DNA from: Patescibacteria group bacterium
Lineage (GTDB): Bacteria > Patescibacteriota > UBA1384 > UBA12157 > JAENIV01
DNA: 64,000 nt
Reading direction: 5' to 3'
Assembly (NCBI GenBank): GCA_041666185.1
Contig: JBAYHL010000001.1
Span: 2,421-66,420, forward strand
Every line of letters begins with the position of its first letter. The stretch's first letter is position 1. The notes beneath the pieces were generated by a model. It had not been told where the DNA came from, searched no databases, and was given only the letters and a program-made list of their open reading frames with translations. Shown piece after piece: positions 29,920-40,051 of this stretch. Position numbers and translations under genes: made by a program.

Positions 29920-31231
29920 GATACTTTCCGAGGTGACACAAAAAGTCACCTCTTTTGATAATAAAATTAAGACCCAAGTAGAATCAATGCGCTCTCTTTT
30001 AAAAACTCAGGACGGCGCAGGATTAGCTGCTAACCAAATTGGCGACAATAATCGCGTAATTGTTGTTGAGCTAGAAGACGAGAAAATAAAAAATTCTATT
30101 CCCTTCCAAGCCTTTATTAATCCGGAAATAGTTGAATGCTCCGAAGATAAAGACGATCTCGAAGAAGGATGTCTTTCTGTTCCTCAAATAGAACTACCGG
30201 TTGAAAGATCAACAAAAATTAAGATTCGTTTTCAAGATTTAGAAGGAAAAAAGAATAAATTAACTGCCAAAGATATTTTTGCTCGCATTCTTCAACACGA
30301 AATTGACCATTTAAATGGAATTATTTTTACCGAAAGGGTTAAAGAAAAATTTCTTGCAACGAATCCCAATTTAAAAAATATAAAAATTGCCTTTTTTGGC
30401 TCTGGTAACTTTGCCGCGACAATTTTAGAGGGGTTAATTTTATTAGGTCTTAAATTAGAAATTTTTACCGAAAGCGCTAAACCTTCCGGTCGTCATAAAG
30501 AAACAAAAACAACTCCAGTAGCGCAAATGGCGCAACGTTTTAGCAAAAAAGTAATTGAAGTTGACAATTTTTCAAATATTAAATCTAAAATTTCAGATCT
30601 CGATCTCTTGATTTGTACAGATTTCGGTCAAAAAATTCCCGTTGATATCTTAAAATTAGCAAAAATTACTGCCATTAACGTCCATCCTTCACTTTTACCA
30701 AAATATCGTGGACCAACACCAATTCAAACAGCAATTTTAGATGGTGCGAAAGAAACTGGCGTATCAATTATTAAAATGAGTGAAAAAATCGACGAAGGTG
30801 ATATTTTAGCTCAAATTAAAACTGATATATCCGAAGATGACAATAGCCTAACTTTGTCCAATATGTTGGCCACTCTTTCTTTAAAACTAATTTTTGAAGC
30901 TCTACCCTTAATCGTTAATGACCAACTTCAAAAATTAGAACAAAATGAAAAAAAAGCAACTTTAACCAAAAAGTTTCAAAAAGCTGACGGAGAAATTGAT
31001 TGGAATAAACAACCTGATCAAATTGAAAGACAAATTAGAGCTTTTTACCCTTGGCCAGGTTCTTATACATTCATAGGTGATCAAAGACTTATAATTCATA
31101 AGGCTCACATAACAGATGGCAAATTAGCCCTTGATATTGTTCAAGCAGAAGGCAAAAAACCTACAAAATGGTCTGATTTTCTACTCGGATTTCGCGGAGA
31201 AACACCTCAGTGGTTTGATAAAGTAAAATAA
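29888..31231 (+). CDS. def-fmt: fused peptide deformylase / methionyl-tRNA formyltransferase (Def-Fmt)
   Basis: Def motifs GAGLAANQIG, EGCLSVP, HEIDHLNG followed in-frame by Fmt motifs (IAFFGSGNFA, HPSLLPKYRGPTPIQ) in one 447-aa ORF. Confidence 0.8.
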   Translation: MKKQLVTIPNKILSEVTQKVTSFDNKIKTQVESMRSLLKTQDGAGLAANQIGDNNRVIVVELEDEKIKNSIPFQAFINPEIVECSEDKDDLEEGCLSVPQIELPVERSTKIKIRFQDLEGKKNKLTAKDIFARILQHEIDHLNGIIFTERVKEKFLATNPNLKNIKIAFFGSGNFAATILEGLILLGLKLEIFTESAKPSGRHKETKTTPVAQMAQRFSKKVIEVDNFSNIKSKISDLDLLICTDFGQKIPVDILKLAKITAINVHPSLLPKYRGPTPIQTAILDGAKETGVSIIKMSEKIDEGDILAQIKTDISEDDNSLTLSNMLATLSLKLIFEALPLIVNDQLQKLEQNEKKATLTKKFQKADGEIDWNKQPDQIERQIRAFYPWPGSYTFIGDQRLIIHKAHITDGKLALDIVQAEGKKPTKWSDFLLGFRGETPQWFDKVK

Positions 31232-31311
31232 TATATAATAGTAGTAGTTAAATCAGAATTATTATAATTTTGATTTGTTATTTTAATTTTTGATCTATTG
31301 TGAGGAGGGGT

Positions 31312-34300
31312 ATGAACTTTATTTTTTGGAAAAAATCAAAGAGGACTAAAAAAGAAAAACCTGCCGCTGATCTATTATTACCAAAAGACAAGAAGGAAAT
31401 TGAAAAGCTTGCAGAAATGAAGTCGAAACACCTTGAAAGCGTCGAGGAGCTTAATCGTAAAATTACTACCATAGAAAGCTCTACCGAGACACTTGTGCCT
31501 AAATTTGGTCGTCTTCATCATTTACTTAGAGAAAAAATTGGTTGGTATCGTAATTGGCACACAAAACCATATACTCACAGTGTTCACTGGTTGGTTTTAT
31601 TACTTTATATTATCTCTCTTCCTATCGCCTATTTTTATCTTTCACCCTACGCATCAAGAACCAAAGCCATTACTTACGATTTTCCGAGATGGGAGCAAGT
31701 AAATCCAACCCCAACAGGCAATGACTTATTGAAGACCGCAGCTTGCTCTCAAGACGGTTCTGCTTGGACAGTTGGCGATGTTGGGACAATTTTTAGATCT
31801 TCTGCCACAGAAGACAATTGGGTCCGCCAATATACTAATACAGACAAGGATTTAAAAGATATTATTTGCATAGATCCAAGCAATATAATTGCAGTAGGTG
31901 CTTATGGCGATATTGTTCAATATAACGGTATTACTTGGACAACTAAAGCAAGTGGCACAACTAGTAATCTTTTTAATTTAGTTGCTCTTGATTCTACACA
32001 TATTATTGCAATTGGAAACTCTGGCGCTATAACTGTTTCCACTGATGCTGGTCAAACTTGGGAAGTTAAAACAAGTAGCACAACTGACAATCTTAGAAAT
32101 GCGGTTGCGTTTGATGCTACTCACACTCTTGCATTAGGAGTCTCTGGCCGTATTTTAATTTCTAATGATGCTGGTCAAACTTGGGAAGTTAAAACAAGTA
32201 GCACATCTGAAAATTTAAGAGGCGCAGCTATTCTTGATTCTACTCATGCAATTGCCGTAGGCGATAATGGAGCCATAACTGTTTCCACTGATATTGGTCA
32301 AACGTGGACGGCTAAAACAAGTGGAGATGGCAATCATTTTAACAGTGTGGTTGCTCTTGATTCCACTCATGCAATTGCCGTAAATTTTTTTGGAGGAATA
32401 GCTACCTCTTCTGATGCTGGACAGACATGGACACTTAAGACAAGTGGAACTGGCGATCATTTAATGAGTGTAACCGCCCTTGATTCTACCCATGCAATTA
32501 CGGTTGGTGATCATGGGACTGTATCTATCTCTTCTGATGCTGGACAGACATGGACACTTAAGACAAGTGGAACAACTAGTCTTCTAAGAAACGTAGCTAC
32601 TATTAGCTCCACTCGCGCGATTGCAGTAGGTGACTTTGGAGGCACGACTGTTTCTTCTAATGCTGGCCAAACATGGGTAACTAAGACAAGTGGCACAGTT
32701 GAAGAATTTTATGATGTTATCACCCTTGATTCCACTCATGCAATTGCGGTCGGAGTTGGTGGTTCTATTTTTCTCTCTTCTGATGCTGGTCAAACATGGA
32801 CAGCTAAAACAAGTGGAGTTTCAGCTCACCTTACTAGTGTAACTACTTTTGATTCTACTCATTTGGTTGCCGTAGGTTTTCCTGGAGGTTCCAAGACTAT
32901 TACTGTCTCTTCTGATGCTGGTCAAACATGGACAGCTAAAGAAACTGGGACTACCATTCTTGACGATGTAGCTGCTCTTAGTTCCGTTCGTGCTATCGCT
33001 GTTGGAATGACTAACGATGGACGTAGTGGCGCTGTCATGACTACCGCTGATGCTGGACAAACATGGACGACTAGGACAAGCGGAGCAACACAAACTCTTA
33101 AAGAGGTAGTTGCTCTTGATTCCACTCATGCAATTGCTGTTGGTAATTCTGGAACTATAATCGTCTCCACTAATGCAGGACAAACGTGGACAACTAAGGC
33201 AAGTGGAACAACACTGACTCTTCAGAAAGTAGTTGCTCTTGATTCCACTCATGCAATTGTGATCGGATCAAGTGGAACTATTATTGTCTCTTCTGATGCT
33301 GGTCAAACGTGGACAACTAAGGCAAGTGATACAACTAATCATTTAAATGGTATAACTGTTCTTGATTCCACTCATGCAATTGCAGCTGGAGCAAATGGAA
33401 CCATAACTGTCTCAGCTGATGCTGGTCAAACGTGGACGACTAAGGCAAGTGATACAACTAATCATTTGTTTGACATAAACTCTTTTAACGGTAACTACGT
33501 AATTGCGGTAGGTGATCTAGGGGGAATAACTGTCTCTTCTGATGCTGGTCAGACATGGACAAGCAAAGGAAGCGGAACAATCAATTTATTGCGTACTGCA
33601 TCCATTTTTGATGCCACCCATTCTACAGCAGTAGGTGATTTTGGTACCATTCTTCGTTATTATTCTCCTGCTAATGCGACTGCGACCAAACTTTTAATTA
33701 AGCTTCCCGGGCAATCTTTTGCTGATGGAGTAGGAGTAAGTGGTACACCTAACGCAGTTCAAGCAGGAGACCAAGTCACAGCAACTATTTACGCCGTTGA
33801 TGCTAACAATAATTTAGACAAAGGCAACGCTTCTTATGCTAGTTTTACTACCACTGATCCAAATGATAGTAACCCAGCCACTATTCAGCTTACTCAAGAC
33901 GGTACTTGTGTTCAAACCAATCGCCAACCAGGTGATCCAGAATGTGGCATTGGCACGGCTACTTTCCAATTTCATACAGCTGGCACTTGGACTATTAACA
34001 CTAATGACGCTTATGGTGTTCTTTCTTCTATAACATCATCAAGCGTTACCATCAACCCAGGAGACCCAGCAAAATTAGTTGTTTCAGGACTGCCTTCATC
34101 CCTTAATGCCGGGGCAGTTTCGGGAGCAGTAACCGTTAAAATTACCGATACATACGGTAACGAAACAACAACTGGTTCTAGCACAACCATCAACCTTTCA
34201 ACTACCAGTTCAAATGGAAAATTTGCTCAAAGTTCAAGTGGACCTTGGTCAGAAGAATCAAAAAATATTACCATTTCTGCTGGCAGCAGTTCAGCAACTT

Positions 34301-36162
34301 TTTACTATTATGATTTAAATGTTGGTACGCCAACTATTACAGCTTCAGAAACACCTTCTGCTGGTTGGGAAGACGATAGCGATATTTTAACTATTAATAC
34401 TGGAGCAATTTCCCAATCATCTTTAACGGTTGATAAAAATTCACTTGCTGCTGGCGAAAGTTTAACCGCCACCGTTACTTTAAAAAACAACGAGGGCACA
34501 GTATTACCAAGCAAATCAGTCCAATTATTTTCTTCTCGCAATACCAGCGAAACAACGACTGATAGCATTTCCCCTTCCAGCGCAACTACCGATTCAAACG
34601 GTGTCGCAAGTTTTACCGTTAGCTCAACCTCTATTGGTGACTTTATTCTTTCTGCCTATGACCAATCTGACAATCTCTATGTTGCTCAAGAACAAGGTGT
34701 CAGTGTAAGTATTGGAAATTTAGGAAAAATTGTTGTTGAAAGTAGTGCTTCAGAAGTACAACCAGGTTCACCTTTTGAAGTTACCGCAACCACGTACGAT
34801 AGCTACAACAATGTTAAAACAGATTTTACCGGCACACTTGAGTTTTCTTCATCCGACAGTTCAGTTAAATTTGTTGAAGCAAGCCACGCCCTTACTTCTA
34901 GTGAAAAAGGTAAATATACCCAATCTATTATTTTACAAGGAGAGGGTGAACAAAGCGTTCAAGTTACTGCTGACGGTATTTCCGGTATAGCCTATGTCAC
35001 TGTCACACCATCAGCAACACCAGCCGCTATTACTTCCCCAACGCCATCAGCAACCACTTCAACAATAATTACCACTCCATCGCCAACGGAGACTACCGCA
35101 AAACCTTTATCAGCCATAGAAGCCTTACAAGAATCACCAACATTACAAAAAATCGCTCAAGCCTTAACACCTGTTACTGCTACTGTTGCCACCCTAGGAA
35201 TCGTTCCTTTGTTGGTTCAAGCTTTTCCTCAAGGCTTTCAAGCATTAGCTTCACTATTTCCAGCAATTTTCACGGCTGCCGCCGTTAGACGCCGTCGCAA
35301 ACCATGGGGCATTGTCTACGACTCCATAACCGGCAAACCAGTTGACTTAGCAGTTGTAAGAGTCTTTAACGAGTCAAACGATAAATTAGTTGCCACTAAA
35401 GTTACTGATCAAAACGGTCGTTTTAACTTTTTACTTGCCAGAGGCAAATATTACGTCACTGTTACAAAAGCCGGTTATATTTTCCCACCAAAAATTTCTA
35501 AACTTAAAGCCTACCAACTTTCAACCAGATTTGGTCCACAAAGTGATATCTATTTTGGTCAACCATTTGTTATTGGTGCTGACGATACTAATGTCAACTT
35601 GAATATTGGCCTTGATCACAAAACACGCAACCTTTCCTTAGCTAACAAAACCATAATCTGGGTAAAAAATGGTCTTGATTGGTTCTTGATCGGACTCTCT
35701 TACTTTGCGGTTCCATTAATGATATTGGGAGCGATTTTTGCCAGTCTTGCTGTTGTGGTTGCACCTTCCACTTTCCACCTAGTCCTATCAGGATTCTACG
35801 TTTTACTACTTATTGCTTATCTTATCGGTAGTCGAATCCAAGCTGCTCGCATTGGAACTGTTTTTGATTCAATTTCTAAAAAACCAATTGCTAAAGCAAC
35901 TGTTTCGATTTTTGATAAAGAGTACAACGCTATTAGAGAAATTAAAACTACTGATCAAAATGGTCGTTTCGCCATTTTAGCCCAACGTGGACAATATTAT
36001 TTAACCGTTCAAGCTAAAGGTTATAAATTCCCATCTAAAGAATTTTCTTACCAAAAGAAGGATAAGAAATTAGGTCATATCTATCTTGGCGAAACTATCA
36101 ATAATAAAAAACCTGGTTTTGTTAGTGTTCATATTCCATTGGACAAAGAGGAAAAGAAATAA
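31312..36162 (+). CDS. giant surface protein (1616 aa): N-terminal TM anchor, about 18 Asp-box/BNR beta-propeller repeats, Ig-like domains, Thr/Pro linker, TM segments and two CarboxypepD_reg-like domains
   Basis: Repeated S-x-D-x-G-x-T-W (SSDAGQTWT) every ~44 aa; GAGGAGGGG SD before the ATG at 31312; hydrophobic helices near residues 95-115 and 1240-1275/1440-1480; two VxDxxTGKPxxxAxV...TDxNGRF modules. Confidence 0.8.
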   Translation: MNFIFWKKSKRTKKEKPAADLLLPKDKKEIEKLAEMKSKHLESVEELNRKITTIESSTETLVPKFGRLHHLLREKIGWYRNWHTKPYTHSVHWLVLLLYIISLPIAYFYLSPYASRTKAITYDFPRWEQVNPTPTGNDLLKTAACSQDGSAWTVGDVGTIFRSSATEDNWVRQYTNTDKDLKDIICIDPSNIIAVGAYGDIVQYNGITWTTKASGTTSNLFNLVALDSTHIIAIGNSGAITVSTDAGQTWEVKTSSTTDNLRNAVAFDATHTLALGVSGRILISNDAGQTWEVKTSSTSENLRGAAILDSTHAIAVGDNGAITVSTDIGQTWTAKTSGDGNHFNSVVALDSTHAIAVNFFGGIATSSDAGQTWTLKTSGTGDHLMSVTALDSTHAITVGDHGTVSISSDAGQTWTLKTSGTTSLLRNVATISSTRAIAVGDFGGTTVSSNAGQTWVTKTSGTVEEFYDVITLDSTHAIAVGVGGSIFLSSDAGQTWTAKTSGVSAHLTSVTTFDSTHLVAVGFPGGSKTITVSSDAGQTWTAKETGTTILDDVAALSSVRAIAVGMTNDGRSGAVMTTADAGQTWTTRTSGATQTLKEVVALDSTHAIAVGNSGTIIVSTNAGQTWTTKASGTTLTLQKVVALDSTHAIVIGSSGTIIVSSDAGQTWTTKASDTTNHLNGITVLDSTHAIAAGANGTITVSADAGQTWTTKASDTTNHLFDINSFNGNYVIAVGDLGGITVSSDAGQTWTSKGSGTINLLRTASIFDATHSTAVGDFGTILRYYSPANATATKLLIKLPGQSFADGVGVSGTPNAVQAGDQVTATIYAVDANNNLDKGNASYASFTTTDPNDSNPATIQLTQDGTCVQTNRQPGDPECGIGTATFQFHTAGTWTINTNDAYGVLSSITSSSVTINPGDPAKLVVSGLPSSLNAGAVSGAVTVKITDTYGNETTTGSSTTINLSTTSSNGKFAQSSSGPWSEESKNITISAGSSSATFYYYDLNVGTPTITASETPSAGWEDDSDILTINTGAISQSSLTVDKNSLAAGESLTATVTLKNNEGTVLPSKSVQLFSSRNTSETTTDSISPSSATTDSNGVASFTVSSTSIGDFILSAYDQSDNLYVAQEQGVSVSIGNLGKIVVESSASEVQPGSPFEVTATTYDSYNNVKTDFTGTLEFSSSDSSVKFVEASHALTSSEKGKYTQSIILQGEGEQSVQVTADGISGIAYVTVTPSATPAAITSPTPSATTSTIITTPSPTETTAKPLSAIEALQESPTLQKIAQALTPVTATVATLGIVPLLVQAFPQGFQALASLFPAIFTAAAVRRRRKPWGIVYDSITGKPVDLAVVRVFNESNDKLVATKVTDQNGRFNFLLARGKYYVTVTKAGYIFPPKISKLKAYQLSTRFGPQSDIYFGQPFVIGADDTNVNLNIGLDHKTRNLSLANKTIIWVKNGLDWFLIGLSYFAVPLMILGAIFASLAVVVAPSTFHLVLSGFYVLLLIAYLIGSRIQAARIGTVFDSISKKPIAKATVSIFDKEYNAIREIKTTDQNGRFAILAQRGQYYLTVQAKGYKFPSKEFSYQKKDKKLGHIYLGETINNKKPGFVSVHIPLDKEEKK
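31900..33620 (+). repeat. intragenic tandem DNA repeats (~132-bp unit, more than 12 copies, high identity) encoding the BNR blades
   Basis: Recurring ...tctgatgctggtcaaac(a/g)tggac... blocks at a 132-bp period. Confidence 0.8.
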
Positions 36163-36178
36163 GAATACTAAAAACAAA

Positions 36179-36218
36179 AATACCCCTGCAAACGAAACTC
36201 TGCAGGGGTATTTTTTTA
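36179..36218. terminator. bidirectional rho-independent terminator
   Basis: TACCCCTGCA-loop-TGCAGGGGTA flanked by an A-run and a T-run; lies between convergent genes. Confidence 0.75.
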
Positions 36219-36238
36219 TTCTTTAAAAGAAATTTTTT

Positions 36239-37852
36239 CTACAAAAGAGCATCAAGAAGACTATAACCTGTCATTTCTGGTGGTTGTTCAAGACTTAAGA
36301 TATCTAAAACTGTCGGAGCAATATCTGCTAAAATCCCAACAGCTTTTTTTTCACTCTGCTGCAAAGGATTTTTTTTGTACTGTGGCCCAACCAAAATAAA
36401 AGGTACCGGCGAAACAGAATGTTCGGTGTCGATTTGGTTACTCTCTGAATTAAACATTCGTTCAGCATTACCATGATCGGCAGTAATTAGAAAAATTGTT
36501 TCAGGAAATTGACTAGTTAATCTGCCAAGTTCCTTGTCAACAGCCTCGACCGCTTTAATAGTTGCTTTCAAATTCCCTGTATGACCAACCATGTCCGTAT
36601 TAGCAAAATTAATCATAATAAAATCGTATTGATTATTTTCAGATCTTTTAAAAATTTCATCGGTAACTTTAGAAGCTGACATTTCCGGGCGCAGATCGTA
36701 TGTTGGCACCTTAGGCGATTGAATTACCGCCCACTCTTCTCCCGGATAAGGTACCGGACTACCACCATCAAAAAAATAAGTTGCGTGAGCATATTTTTCT
36801 GTTTCAGTTGCATGAAGCTGCTTTAAACCTTGAGCGCTAATAACTTTTGATAATGGATTTTCAATTTTTTCCGTTGGCAAAACAACTCGAATAGGTAAAT
36901 TTTCTTCATATTCCACAATACTAGCAACTTGAACATTCTTTAACAGCTTTTTTTCTGGATATTTCTGCTGAGGCAACATAAAAGTTTCAACTAACTGCCT
37001 AATTCTTTCTGGCCGAAAATTGAAAAATATAATCGAATCCCCATCTTTAATTAAACCCTGCGGTTTTGTAGATATTTCGGATTGTTTGGGAAAAAGTCGA
37101 TCAAATACCCCCTGCTCTTTTGGGAAATTGATAATTGCTGTTGGTTTAATAAATTCATCAGTTTCACCACGAGCATAAGCTCCTAAAATTGCTTCTCCTG
37201 CAGAATGAGCAGTTTCACCACGACCCAAAACCATACAATCGTAAGCCGCAAAAGTTCTTTCCCAATGACTATCACGATCCATAGAGTAATAACGACCAAT
37301 TATACTAGCAATTCGCGTATTAAGACGGAGCGCTTGAATTCTAGATTCAAGTTTATTAATATACAAAAGAGCCGTTTTTATAGGAGTATCGCGACCATCG
37401 GTAAACATATGAATATACGAAGGTTGTTTAAAATGATGCTGTTTAAGCGTTTCTAATAAAGCAAAAAGGTGGTCAATGTGACTATGAACTCCGCCAGCAC
37501 TCACTAACCCAACAAAATGAAGGCTAGTTTTATTTTTTTTAGCATAATTAATAGTATCAATCAAAACAGAGTTTTTGAAAAACATTCCTGAAGCAATAGC
37601 TTTTGATACACGAGGTAGATCCTGGTTGATAATACGACCCGACCCCAAACAAGTGTGACCTACTTCGGAACTACCAACATTACCCCACGGCAAACCAACT
37701 GGTTCACCCGCTGCCTCAATTAAAGCATGTGGATAATTTTGCCAGAGCCTATCAAAATTAGGCTTCTTAGCAAGAGCAATGGCATTTCCTTTAGTAATTT
37801 CACTATAACCCCAACCATCCATCACAACTAAAATAACTTTGGGTTGATACAT
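36239..37852 (-). CDS. gpmI: 2,3-bisphosphoglycerate-independent phosphoglycerate mutase
   Basis: MYQPKVILVVMDGWGY N-terminus, iPGM metal-binding motifs; start placed at the internal Met preceded by a GGAGG SD. Confidence 0.85.
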   Translation of the reverse strand: MYQPKVILVVMDGWGYSEITKGNAIALAKKPNFDRLWQNYPHALIEAAGEPVGLPWGNVGSSEVGHTCLGSGRIINQDLPRVSKAIASGMFFKNSVLIDTINYAKKNKTSLHFVGLVSAGGVHSHIDHLFALLETLKQHHFKQPSYIHMFTDGRDTPIKTALLYINKLESRIQALRLNTRIASIIGRYYSMDRDSHWERTFAAYDCMVLGRGETAHSAGEAILGAYARGETDEFIKPTAIINFPKEQGVFDRLFPKQSEISTKPQGLIKDGDSIIFFNFRPERIRQLVETFMLPQQKYPEKKLLKNVQVASIVEYEENLPIRVVLPTEKIENPLSKVISAQGLKQLHATETEKYAHATYFFDGGSPVPYPGEEWAVIQSPKVPTYDLRPEMSASKVTDEIFKRSENNQYDFIMINFANTDMVGHTGNLKATIKAVEAVDKELGRLTSQFPETIFLITADHGNAERMFNSESNQIDTEHSVSPVPFILVGPQYKKNPLQQSEKKAVGILADIAPTVLDILSLEQPPEMTGYSLLDALL

Positions 37853-37982
37853 AACCCTCCTGTTTTGATTATACCAAAAAAATCTTAAATCTAAAATCGT
37901 AATAACACTTAAGATTTTTAATAATTCGTTGACACAAAGCAAGCTAACTGCTATAATTAAGTCTAAAGGAATTAAATAATCT

Positions 37983-38492
37983 ATGTTATCAATTAGACTT
38001 CGCCGTACAGGCAAAAAAAAGAAACCTTCGTACAGAATTGTTGTCACAGACAATCGTGCGCCTATTTATGGTAAATATTTAGAAATGATTGGTCATTATG
38101 ACCCTTTTACTAAAGTAGTTGTTTTAGACAAAGAAAAAGCTTTGGAATGGATGAACAAAGGCGCTAAACCAAGCGATACAGTAGGAAAAATTCTCGAAGC
38201 TCAAGGCGTAAAACATAAAAGCATTGTCATTAAAAAGTTTAGAGCTGTTTCTAAAAAAGAACTTGAAGTCCAAAAAGCTCAAGATGAAGCCGAAAAAGAA
38301 AAAGAACGCCAAGAAAAAGAAGCCGCAAAAGAAGCTTTTGAACAACAGGTAGAAGCTGAAAAAGCTGAACAACCTTCTTCCGAAGAAAAACTTCAAGAAG
38401 CAGCTGAAGAATCTATCAAAGAAATAAAAGAAGAAGAATCTACTAAACCAGAAGAAAAACCTGAAAAAGCAGAGCCAGAAGACAAAGAGTAA
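37983..38492 (+). CDS. rpsP: 30S ribosomal protein S16 with ~90-aa Lys/Glu-rich C-terminal extension
   Basis: S16 core MLSIRLRRTGKKKKPSYRIVV... Confidence 0.85.
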   Translation: MLSIRLRRTGKKKKPSYRIVVTDNRAPIYGKYLEMIGHYDPFTKVVVLDKEKALEWMNKGAKPSDTVGKILEAQGVKHKSIVIKKFRAVSKKELEVQKAQDEAEKEKERQEKEAAKEAFEQQVEAEKAEQPSSEEKLQEAAEESIKEIKEEESTKPEEKPEKAEPEDKE

Positions 38493-38606
38493 TTTCTTCT
38501 TGACACTTTGAAAATTTTGAATAGTTTTAGTAAAATTAAGTTGAAGGCAGAATTAAACGGTCGAAACTGCTTTTAAGAAAAAGAAAGAAAGATTTGGGAG
38601 TTTAAA

Positions 38607-38939
38607 ATGGCTGAAGCAGATAAAGAGTTCGTCGATAACGTTGTCAAAGCAATCGTCGACCATCCAGACGATGTCAAAACCAAAAGATCAGTTGATGAAA
38701 TGGGAGTTTTAATCGAACTTTCCGTTCACCCTGAAGATATGGGAAAAATCATCGGTAAAGAAGGTCGAACAGCTAAGTCTATTCGCACACTCCTTCGAGT
38801 TTTAGGGGCCAAAAACAATGCTCGCGTCAACCTTAAGATTATTGAACCAGAAGGTGGTCGTGAAGTAAAAGTCCCTGAAGACAAAGATGACAAGAATTCT
38901 AAAACACTCGAAGAAGGTCAAGTCACCGAAGTAGTCTAA
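38607..38939 (+). CDS. KH-domain RNA-binding protein (YlqC/UPF0109-like)
   Basis: GKIIGKEGRTAKSIR KH motif; conserved position after rpsP. Confidence 0.75.
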   Translation: MAEADKEFVDNVVKAIVDHPDDVKTKRSVDEMGVLIELSVHPEDMGKIIGKEGRTAKSIRTLLRVLGAKNNARVNLKIIEPEGGREVKVPEDKDDKNSKTLEEGQVTEVV

Positions 38940-38964
38940 CGTTTAAAAAAAACAAAATTATAGG

Positions 38965-39024
38965 ATCGCCACAGTCCTTTGTTTCGATTTTTATCGAAGT
39001 GCAGGAATGTGGCGATTCTTTTTA
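38965..39024 (+). terminator. complex stem-loop (ATCGCCACA...TGTGGCGAT with an inner TTCGAT/ATCGAA hairpin) followed by a T-run
   Basis: 9-bp outer stem, inner hairpin, TCTTTTT; lies between the KH gene and trmD. Confidence 0.35.
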
Positions 39025-39040
39025 AGAAAAAGAAGCCATC

Positions 39041-39712
39041 ATGATTTATAATGTCTTAACAACCCAAAACAATATTTACGACTCGTTTTTAAAAACTGGT
39101 CTTATTGCGCGTGGAATGAAGAAAAAAATCATCAATATCAATATTTTTAATCTTTATGATTTTGGCCTCGGCGCTCACAAAACAATTGATGACACACCAT
39201 ACGGTGGTGGCCCAGGAATGGTTTTACGTGTTGATATGATAGATAAAGCCATCACAAAAATAAGTGAAGGAAAGAAAAAGAAAAAAATAATATTATTAAC
39301 TCCTCAAGGGAAAAAATTTAATTCACAAATAGCCAAAAAACTCGCTAAAGAAAAAGAACTCATTTTAATTGCTGGTCGTTTTGAAGGATATGATGAACGA
39401 ATTAGAGAATTTGTTGACGAGGAAATTTCGATTGGTGACTATGTCTTAACTTCCGGAGATTTGCCAACCATGGTTTTAATTGATTCAATTTCTCGCCAAA
39501 TTCCAAAATTTATAGAAAAATCCGAATCAATCCAAGAAGAATCTTTTGAAAAAAATTGTTTAGAATACCCCCAATACACCAGACCAGAAATATACAAAAA
39601 TAAAAAAGTACCAACAATTTTACTTTCCGGAGATCATGAAAAAGTTAGAAAATGGCGTCAAAAAAAAGCTTTAGAAAAAACTCAAAAACGTCGGCCAGAT
39701 TTAACCTTTTAG
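39041..39712 (+). CDS. trmD: tRNA (guanine37-N1)-methyltransferase
   Basis: PYGGGPGMVL SPOUT motif. Confidence 0.85.
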   Translation: MIYNVLTTQNNIYDSFLKTGLIARGMKKKIININIFNLYDFGLGAHKTIDDTPYGGGPGMVLRVDMIDKAITKISEGKKKKKIILLTPQGKKFNSQIAKKLAKEKELILIAGRFEGYDERIREFVDEEISIGDYVLTSGDLPTMVLIDSISRQIPKFIEKSESIQEESFEKNCLEYPQYTRPEIYKNKKVPTILLSGDHEKVRKWRQKKALEKTQKRRPDLTF

Positions 39713-39765
39713 GATTTGACAAAAACAACAAGATACCATATAATATTAGTACAAGGAGTCAGATT

Positions 39766-40041
39766 TTGCCTAATTTAAGGGAAATTATCCAACAAATTCA
39801 AAGAGATCTTTCCTGTCCAATTTGCGGTAAAAATTACGAAATTGGCAAAATTAGACTTCGCGGACTTTTTGACCAAACACTTATTGTCCAAACAATTTGC
39901 AACAGTGGTCATATAACACTTTTCATGACAACTGTAAAAAAAGACCAAAAGAAAACTCCAATATCAACAAATAACATTATTGATCTTCATAAAAGTTTAG
40001 AAAATTTCAATGGAGATTTCCAAAAATTGTGGAAAAGCTAA
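39766..40041 (+). CDS. small hypothetical protein with CPICG...C-x-GH zinc-ribbon-like motif (TTG start)
   Basis: AGGAGT SD 6 nt before the TTG; ORF lies between trmD and rplY. Confidence 0.35.
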   Translation: MPNLREIIQQIQRDLSCPICGKNYEIGKIRLRGLFDQTLIVQTICNSGHITLFMTTVKKDQKKTPISTNNIIDLHKSLENFNGDFQKLWKS

Positions 40042-40051
40042 AAAGGACAAA

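Noticed and set aside
31300-31311. GTG start for the giant surface protein
   Set aside because: The GTG lies inside the GAGGAGGGG Shine-Dalgarno sequence; the ATG at 31312 is correctly spaced.
32215-33252. Several minus-strand ORFs (61-143 aa) rich in Cys/Ser
   Set aside because: They are antisense to the tandem BNR-repeat coding sequence. Their repetitive nature mirrors the sense-strand repeats.
37853-38053. N-terminal 67-aa extension of the gpmI ORF
   Set aside because: Homology begins at MYQPKVILVVMDGWGY, preceded by a GGAGG SD. The extension would overlap the divergent rpsP promoter and start.
39652-39765. Upstream part of the 129-aa ORF overlapping trmD
   Set aside because: Overlaps the trmD 3' end by 60 nt. 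A TTG with a good SD at 39766 gives a more plausible start, and the ORF itself remains low confidence.
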